Shown: in pieces, positions 27,062 through 32,000 of the stretch
Numbering within the stretch: position 1 is the stretch's first letter
How the letters are laid out: every line of letters starts with the position of its first letter
DNA from: Candidatus Methylomirabilis limnetica
GTDB lineage: Bacteria; Methylomirabilota; Methylomirabilia; Methylomirabilales; Methylomirabilaceae
Assembly: GCF_003044035.1 (NCBI RefSeq)
Contig: NZ_NVQC01000013.1
Span: 90,001 to 122,000 of the forward strand
Reading direction: 5' to 3'
DNA: 32,000 nt
Notes under the pieces: generated by a model
Seen by the model: the letters and a program-made list of their open reading frames with translations, nothing else
Databases searched by the model: none
What the model was told of the DNA's origin: nothing
Translations under genes and position numbers: made by a program

Positions 27062-28201
27062 ATGCCTTTCGACCTTCATGAGCTGTTGAGGCTAGTCGTT
27101 GAGCGACGTGCCTCGGACCTCCACCTGAAAGTCGGCTCCCCACCCGTTCTCCGGATTGACCACCAGCTCGTCCCTGTACAGGATCGACCTTGCCTCACCC
27201 AAGCTGACCTCGATACGACTGTCAGCCTCGTCACGACTGAGCCACAGCGACAGCGGTTTGCGCAACGTCGGGAACTAGACCTGAGCTATAGCGTTGCTAG
27301 GCTGGGACGATTTCGGACCAACCTCTTTCAGCAACGCGGGATGGTGGGGGCCGTCTTTCGGGCTATCCCACTCAAGATCGAGACGATTGAAGCGCTCAAT
27401 CTGCCGCCGGTCATCGGAAAGCTGGCGATGGAACCCAGGGGGATGCTGTTGGTCACCGGCACCGCAGGAAGCGGGAAATCGACAACCCTGGCAGCGATGA
27501 TCGGTCATATCAACGACAATAGAACCGGCCATATCGTCACCATTGAGGACCCGATCGAGTTCCTCCACGTAGATAATCGGTGTTTGATCAATCAGCGGGA
27601 AGTCGGAATCGATACGGAGTCGTTTCCCGACGCCCTGCGCAGCGCACTTCGCCAAGATCCGGATGTGATCCTGGTTGGAGAGATGCGCGACCATGAAACG
27701 ATCAGCACGGCTATTGTAGCTGCCGAGACCGGCCACTTGGTTGTGAGTACCCTGCATACCATCGATGCGGCCGAAACGATCAACCGCATTATCGCAATCT
27801 TTCCACCCTACCAGCAGAGGCAGATCCGGATGCAACTCTCCTCGCTGCTTCGAGGGGTCATCTCGATGCGCTTGATCCCGCAGGCGGATGGCAAAGGGCG
27901 CGTGCCGGCGGTAGAGATTATGGTCGCAACCTCCACCATTCGGGAGTACATCGCTGATTCTGAAAAGACCAGAAAGATTCCGGAGGCCATCGCAGCCGGG
28001 GTATCGGAGTACGGGATGCAGACCTTCGATCAATCGCTCATGAGCCTGTACCGCCAGAGCCTCGTGAGCTATGAGGAGGCGCTCCAGTGGAGCAGCAACC
28101 CCAACGACTTCGCCCTCAAGGTTCGAGGGATCGAGACCTCGTCGGATCAACCCTGGACCGCAGAACAGAAGGGCGGCTTTCGCGAACGAAAGCCTCACTG
28201 A
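27062..28201 (+). CDS. pilT: type IV pilus retraction ATPase PilT family
   Basis: The Walker A GTAGSGKSTTLAAMI, TIEDPIEF, the Asp box/Walker B DPDVILVGEMRD and the His box TGHLVVSTLHT are present. Confidence 0.9.
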   Translation: MPFDLHELLRLVVERRASDLHLKVGSPPVLRIDHQLVPVQDRPCLTQADLDTTVSLVTTEPQRQRFAQRRELDLSYSVARLGRFRTNLFQQRGMVGAVFRAIPLKIETIEALNLPPVIGKLAMEPRGMLLVTGTAGSGKSTTLAAMIGHINDNRTGHIVTIEDPIEFLHVDNRCLINQREVGIDTESFPDALRSALRQDPDVILVGEMRDHETISTAIVAAETGHLVVSTLHTIDAAETINRIIAIFPPYQQRQIRMQLSSLLRGVISMRLIPQADGKGRVPAVEIMVATSTIREYIADSEKTRKIPEAIAAGVSEYGMQTFDQSLMSLYRQSLVSYEEALQWSSNPNDFALKVRGIETSSDQPWTAEQKGGFRERKPH

Positions 28202-28665
28202 AGGCCAAGCCTCCTGACGCGGCGTACAGGGTGGGCGTACGCCTTCTTACTGTTCGGGACAGAACGCGCGCTGAGCTTGCTCGCCTCCTTGCGGTCAGGG
28301 GATTTGACCGAGCCGACTCACAGGTAGCGCTCGATCGGCTGCAAGAGCAGGGGTACCTGGACGACCGACGATTCGCGACCACCTGGGCCAGGAGCCGTCT
28401 CCGAACAAAACCGATGGGGTCGTATCGGCTTGGCAAGGAGCTCGAGGTCAAGGGGGTTGAGGAGCAACTCGTGCGTGAGGTCCTGGGGGACCTTTACGAA
28501 GAGGGAGAAGAGCCGGCAGCCCGCCGTGCTATGGCAGGAAAGCTCTCGGTACTCGGGCGTCTTCCGGCTTCAGCCAGGACCCTCCGGGTGGCGCGATTTT
28601 TACAGCGGAGAGGATTTTCAAGCGAAATGATCTGGCGACTGCTTCACGAGGAGCAGCAGGGGTAA
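28087..28665 (+). CDS. recX: RecA regulator RecX (start uncertain; no ATG available)
   Basis: AAYRVGVRLLTVRDRTRAELARLLAVRGF..ALDRLQEQGYLDDRRFATTWARSRL is the RecX three-helix repeat pattern. The only in-frame canonical starts are GTG 28087 (a 115-nt overlap with pilT) and GTG 28231 (which would cut the first helix). Confidence 0.75.
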   Translation: MEQQPQRLRPQGSRDRDLVGSTLDRRTEGRLSRTKASLKAKPPDAAYRVGVRLLTVRDRTRAELARLLAVRGFDRADSQVALDRLQEQGYLDDRRFATTWARSRLRTKPMGSYRLGKELEVKGVEEQLVREVLGDLYEEGEEPAARRAMAGKLSVLGRLPASARTLRVARFLQRRGFSSEMIWRLLHEEQQG

Positions 28666-28676
28666 CGGAACACGTC

Positions 28677-31334
28677 ATGCTGGGATTGACAGGCGGAGAG
28701 ATCCGCGAGCGGTTTTTGCGATTCTTTGAGCGGAACGATCATACGGTGGTTGCCAGTTCCTCACTGGTCCCAGCCGACGATCCGACGCTACTCTTCACCA
28801 ATGCCGGAATGGTTCCGTTCAAAGGGGTCTTTCTCGGAACCGATCCGCGTCCCTACCGGCGTGCCGCCTCGATCCAGAAGTGTTTGCGCGTCAGCGGTAA
28901 ACATAACGATCTGGAGAATGTCGGTAGAACCGCCCGCCACCACACCTTTTTCGAGATGCTCGGCAACTTCTCCTTTGGCGATTATTTTAAGGAGAGTGCC
29001 ATTGAATATGGTTGGGCGTTCCTGACGCGCGAGCTCAAGCTGCCTGCGGATCGGCTCTGGGCCACCATTTACAAGGATGATGATGAGGCGTTCAACCTAT
29101 GGCAGAGGCTTGCCGGCCTGCCGCCCGATCGAGTCGTTCGCCTGGGGGACAAGGACAATTTCTGGACCATGGGCGAGACAGGTCCATGTGGGCCCTGCTC
29201 TGAACTGATCTTTGATCAGGGTCCGATGGTGGGCTGCGGGCGGACGACCTGTAGCATTGAGTGCGGGTGCGATCGCTATCTGGAACTCTGGAACCTGGTA
29301 TTCATGCAATACAATCGTGATGCCTCCGGGACCCTCACGCCTCTGCCCAAGCCGAGTATCGATACCGGTGCTGGGCTGGAGCGAATGGCCGCGGTATGCC
29401 AAGGGGTCACGAGTAATTTTGAGACCGACCTGATCCGGCCGCTGATCGCGACGGTAGAGGAGCTCTCGCAGAAGCGCTATGGCGCTGACGAGAAGGACGA
29501 TGTGTCGATGCGGGTGATCGCCGATCATGCACGAGCGGTCACCTTCGCGTTGGCCGACGGTGTTCTGCCCGGCAATGAGGGGCGGGGCTACGTACTGCGG
29601 CGGATCCTGCGGCGCGCACTTCGACATGGCCGTCTCCTGGGACTTGACAAGCCGTTTCTGGCTGCTGCGACCGATAAGGTGATCGACCTGATGACGGATG
29701 CCTATCCGGATCTCCCGGCTAGCCGAGCGCATGTCGCGCGCTTCGCCTGGATCGAGGAGGATCGATTCAGCATCGTGCTGCGCGAGGCGCTGCCACGCCT
29801 TCATGACCTGATCCAGAATGTGAAGACCCAGGCGGCGGAGCGGGCCATGCTTCCAGGTTCAACGCTCTTTGAGCTGTACGACACCTTCGGAGTGCCTCGG
29901 GACCTGATGGACGAGATTGCCACTGAGCAGTCAGTCGAATGCGATTGGGGCGGGTTCGAGGTAGAGTTGAGACGCCAGCGTGAACAGTCGCGATCGCATC
30001 TGAAGGCATTTGGAGACGTCCAAGGGGTCGCAGAGGCATTCCGTGACCTTGCGAAGACGGGGCGAACGGTATTCCTGGGCTACGAGTGTCTCGATCTGCA
30101 AGCGTCGGTAGTTGCGGTTCTGGCAGATGGGAAACAGGTCGATCGGATCGATGTGGGGCAGGAGGGAGATGTCGTCCTCGACCAAACTCCTTTCTATGCA
30201 GAATCTGGTGGTCAAGTGGGTGATACCGGGTACCTTCGTGGTGAGGCGCTTATCGCGGAGGTCCTGGATACCAAACGGCCGCTTACTGGATTAATCGTTC
30301 ACCGAGTCCGGGTAAAGCGGGGCGACATCAGGAGAGGTCAGCGGCTCACGGCTTCGGTTGATGCATGCCGGCGCGACACGACGGTCAAGAACCACACAGC
30401 AACCCACCTCGTCCACGCGGCCCTCCGGCAGATCCTCGGAGACCATGTGCGACAGGAAGGCTCGCTGGTTGCGCCGGACCGCTTGCGCTTTGACTTCCGG
30501 CACTACGGGCCTCTGAGTCCCGCCGAGATCACTCAGATCGAGGAGATAGTCAATACTAGGCTCTGGGCCAACCAGCCGGTTGTGATCGAAGAGATGCGGA
30601 TGGACGAGGCACTGGCCAAAGGCGCACTGGCCTTCTTCGGTGACAAGTATGGAGACGAGGTACGGGTAGTCAGTATCGCCGACTTTAGTATCGAGCTGTG
30701 CGGAGGGGCCCACACCAAGGCCACAGGGGAGATCGGCCTATTTAAGATCTCGCATGAGACCGGCGTCGCTGCCGGCGTACGGCGGATCGAGGCTCTGACC
30801 GGCCCTGGGGCCTTTCAGCACCTGAAGCGTGAGGGCGAGGTTCTGCAGGAATCGGCTGATCGGCTGAAGAGTAAGCCTCTTGAAGTTCCCGAAAAGGTTG
30901 ACCGCCTCTTCGACGCGACACGCGCCCTCGAGCGAGAGGTCCAGCAGCTTCGGGCCAAGCTGGGTGCGGAAATGGCGGAGGAGTTGCTGAAGAAGGCGAC
31001 CCAAGTCTCCGGCGTCACGGTGGTGACGGGTCTGGCCGAGTGGTGTGATCAGCGGGCCCTACGGGAGCTCGCAGATAGACTGAGGGCCAAGATCAGCAGC
31101 GGGGTGATCGTTCTGGCAACGTCCTCGGATGGACGGGTAAGCTGGGTGGCGGCCGTGACACCCGACCTCACCTCGCGGCTGCACGCCGGCAAATTGGTGA
31201 AGGAGGTGGCAAGTATTACGGGTGGGAGCGGAGGCGGCCGGGCCGATCTCGCCGAAGCCGGCGGGAAGGATCCTGATAAGCTGAATCTGGCGCTCCAGCT
31301 TATCCCGGACTTGGTTAGACGGTTTCTCGCATGA
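28677..31334 (+). CDS. alaS: alanine--tRNA ligase
   Basis: FLRFFERNDH..LLFTNAGMVPFK..HHTFFEMLGNFSFGDYFK is present. The editing-domain HTATHLVHAAL..CGGAHT motifs and the C-terminal GGGRADLAEAGG (DHHA1) are also present. Confidence 0.97.
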   Translation: MLGLTGGEIRERFLRFFERNDHTVVASSSLVPADDPTLLFTNAGMVPFKGVFLGTDPRPYRRAASIQKCLRVSGKHNDLENVGRTARHHTFFEMLGNFSFGDYFKESAIEYGWAFLTRELKLPADRLWATIYKDDDEAFNLWQRLAGLPPDRVVRLGDKDNFWTMGETGPCGPCSELIFDQGPMVGCGRTTCSIECGCDRYLELWNLVFMQYNRDASGTLTPLPKPSIDTGAGLERMAAVCQGVTSNFETDLIRPLIATVEELSQKRYGADEKDDVSMRVIADHARAVTFALADGVLPGNEGRGYVLRRILRRALRHGRLLGLDKPFLAAATDKVIDLMTDAYPDLPASRAHVARFAWIEEDRFSIVLREALPRLHDLIQNVKTQAAERAMLPGSTLFELYDTFGVPRDLMDEIATEQSVECDWGGFEVELRRQREQSRSHLKAFGDVQGVAEAFRDLAKTGRTVFLGYECLDLQASVVAVLADGKQVDRIDVGQEGDVVLDQTPFYAESGGQVGDTGYLRGEALIAEVLDTKRPLTGLIVHRVRVKRGDIRRGQRLTASVDACRRDTTVKNHTATHLVHAALRQILGDHVRQEGSLVAPDRLRFDFRHYGPLSPAEITQIEEIVNTRLWANQPVVIEEMRMDEALAKGALAFFGDKYGDEVRVVSIADFSIELCGGAHTKATGEIGLFKISHETGVAAGVRRIEALTGPGAFQHLKREGEVLQESADRLKSKPLEVPEKVDRLFDATRALEREVQQLRAKLGAEMAEELLKKATQVSGVTVVTGLAEWCDQRALRELADRLRAKISSGVIVLATSSDGRVSWVAAVTPDLTSRLHAGKLVKEVASITGGSGGGRADLAEAGGKDPDKLNLALQLIPDLVRRFLA

Positions 31335-31429
31335 GCCCATTGTTGACCCTATTTCCCTTGGCGATCGCCGCCAGCCATGGTATCAATGACAAGAATCACT
31401 GATCAAATACCCTTTTGTGGGCAGCGTAG

Positions 31430-32000
31430 ATGACGATACCTCTTGCACGAGAAGGGTGGCCATTTATCCTAGCACCGCTGGGCCTGGCTGCCATCCTATG
31501 GGTTGCAGGGTGGCATGGTGGTGGCGTTGCTGTACTTGTTTTGGCTGTGTTGGTGGCGTTATTTTTCCGTGACCCACCCCGCGACGTCCCGCAGGGCAAG
31601 GGGTTGCTCCTTGCCCCTGGCGATGGGACCGTTGTCCAGGTTATCCCGTATCTTGGCCACGAGTTGCAAGAACCGGCCACCCAGATCAGCATCTTCCTAT
31701 CGGTTTTCAATGTACACATCAACCGTGCCCCGTTTCCCGCGGTGGTCGAAACGGTTGAGTACAAACCGGGGACATTTCGCCCCGCATGGGAGTCTAAGGC
31801 GTCGACAGGCAATGAACAGAACCTCATCATACTGAAGGCGCCGGAAGGCCGACTATTGGTGAAACAGATCGCAGGCTTGATCGCAAGGCGCGTTGTATGC
31901 CGGGTCGTTGCCGGGCAAAAGCTTGAGGCTGGAGAGCGATTCGGGCTGATTCGGTTTGGGTCGCGCGTAGATCTGATCGTTCCGGCACGTGCGGAGCTTT
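31430..32000 (+). CDS. psd: phosphatidylserine decarboxylase family proenzyme (short archaeal/bacterial type), 3' end outside the window
   Basis: My own translation from ATG 31430 is MTIPLAREGWPFILAPLGLAAILWVAGW...LLLAPGDGTVVQVIP...ISIFLSVFNVHINRAP...FGLIRFGSRVDLIVP, which contains the G-S self-cleavage site. It is not in the ORF track because no stop occurs before the window end. Confidence 0.8.
   Translation, partial: MTIPLAREGWPFILAPLGLAAILWVAGWHGGGVAVLVLAVLVALFFRDPPRDVPQGKGLLLAPGDGTVVQVIPYLGHELQEPATQISIFLSVFNVHINRAPFPAVVETVEYKPGTFRPAWESKASTGNEQNLIILKAPEGRLLVKQIAGLIARRVVCRVVAGQKLEAGERFGLIRFGSRVDLIVPARAEL

Noticed and set aside
27275-28198. 307-aa ORF antisense to pilT
   Set aside because: It is a shadow ORF typical of GC-rich coding regions. 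The plus-strand frame has unambiguous PilT motifs. The same applies to 29097..29804 and 30291..30713 (antisense to alaS), 11996..12421 (antisense to gmd), 4938..5390 and 2863..3252 (antisense to transposase copies) and 31396..31830 (antisense to psd).

Overview
GC-rich (about 60% by eye) bacterial chromosomal segment with three parts. No rRNA, tRNA or CRISPR array was recognised, and taxon cannot be assigned from sequence alone.

(1) 1-13.5 kb is a heavily rearranged accessory island.
- It holds five decayed copies of a ~1.03-kb element. The element is bounded by 21-bp terminal inverted repeats (GGGGTCAGGCATGCCTTATTG). It encodes a Y1/HUH (IS200/RAYT-like) transposase fused to a DnaA-domain-IV-like HTH.
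- Between the copies lie six toxin-antitoxin pairs of different families (MazF, RelE/ParE, DUF5615/DUF433, HicAB, VapBC). There is also a solo MNT-type nucleotidyltransferase and an Uma2 nuclease.
- There is one intact gmd gene, three same-strand 3' gmd fragments and a duplicated gmd upstream block.
- There is a 156-bp MITE with TA target duplications, including a filled/empty site pair.
- A family of CCCCCTTT-N3-AAAGGGGG REP-like hairpins is present here and further downstream.

(2) 13.6-18.4 kb is a minus-strand operon: type III PKS, methyltransferase, YceI-like lipoprotein, FAD oxidoreductase. It probably makes phenolic lipid or alkylquinone. A visibly AT-rich second methyltransferase gene lies next to it.

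(3) 18.7-32 kb is mostly core genome.
- gcvT-gcvH-gcvPA-gcvPB carries REP-like insertions, one of them in frame inside gcvPB.
- A small accessory patch follows: YafQ/DinJ, a DUF523 gene and a lower-GC nuclease-like pseudogene.
- Then come recA, pilT, recX, alaS and the 5' part of psd.

The most unusual signals are the TIR-bounded Y1-transposase element family and the repeated pattern of a gmd 3' end followed by a different cassette.
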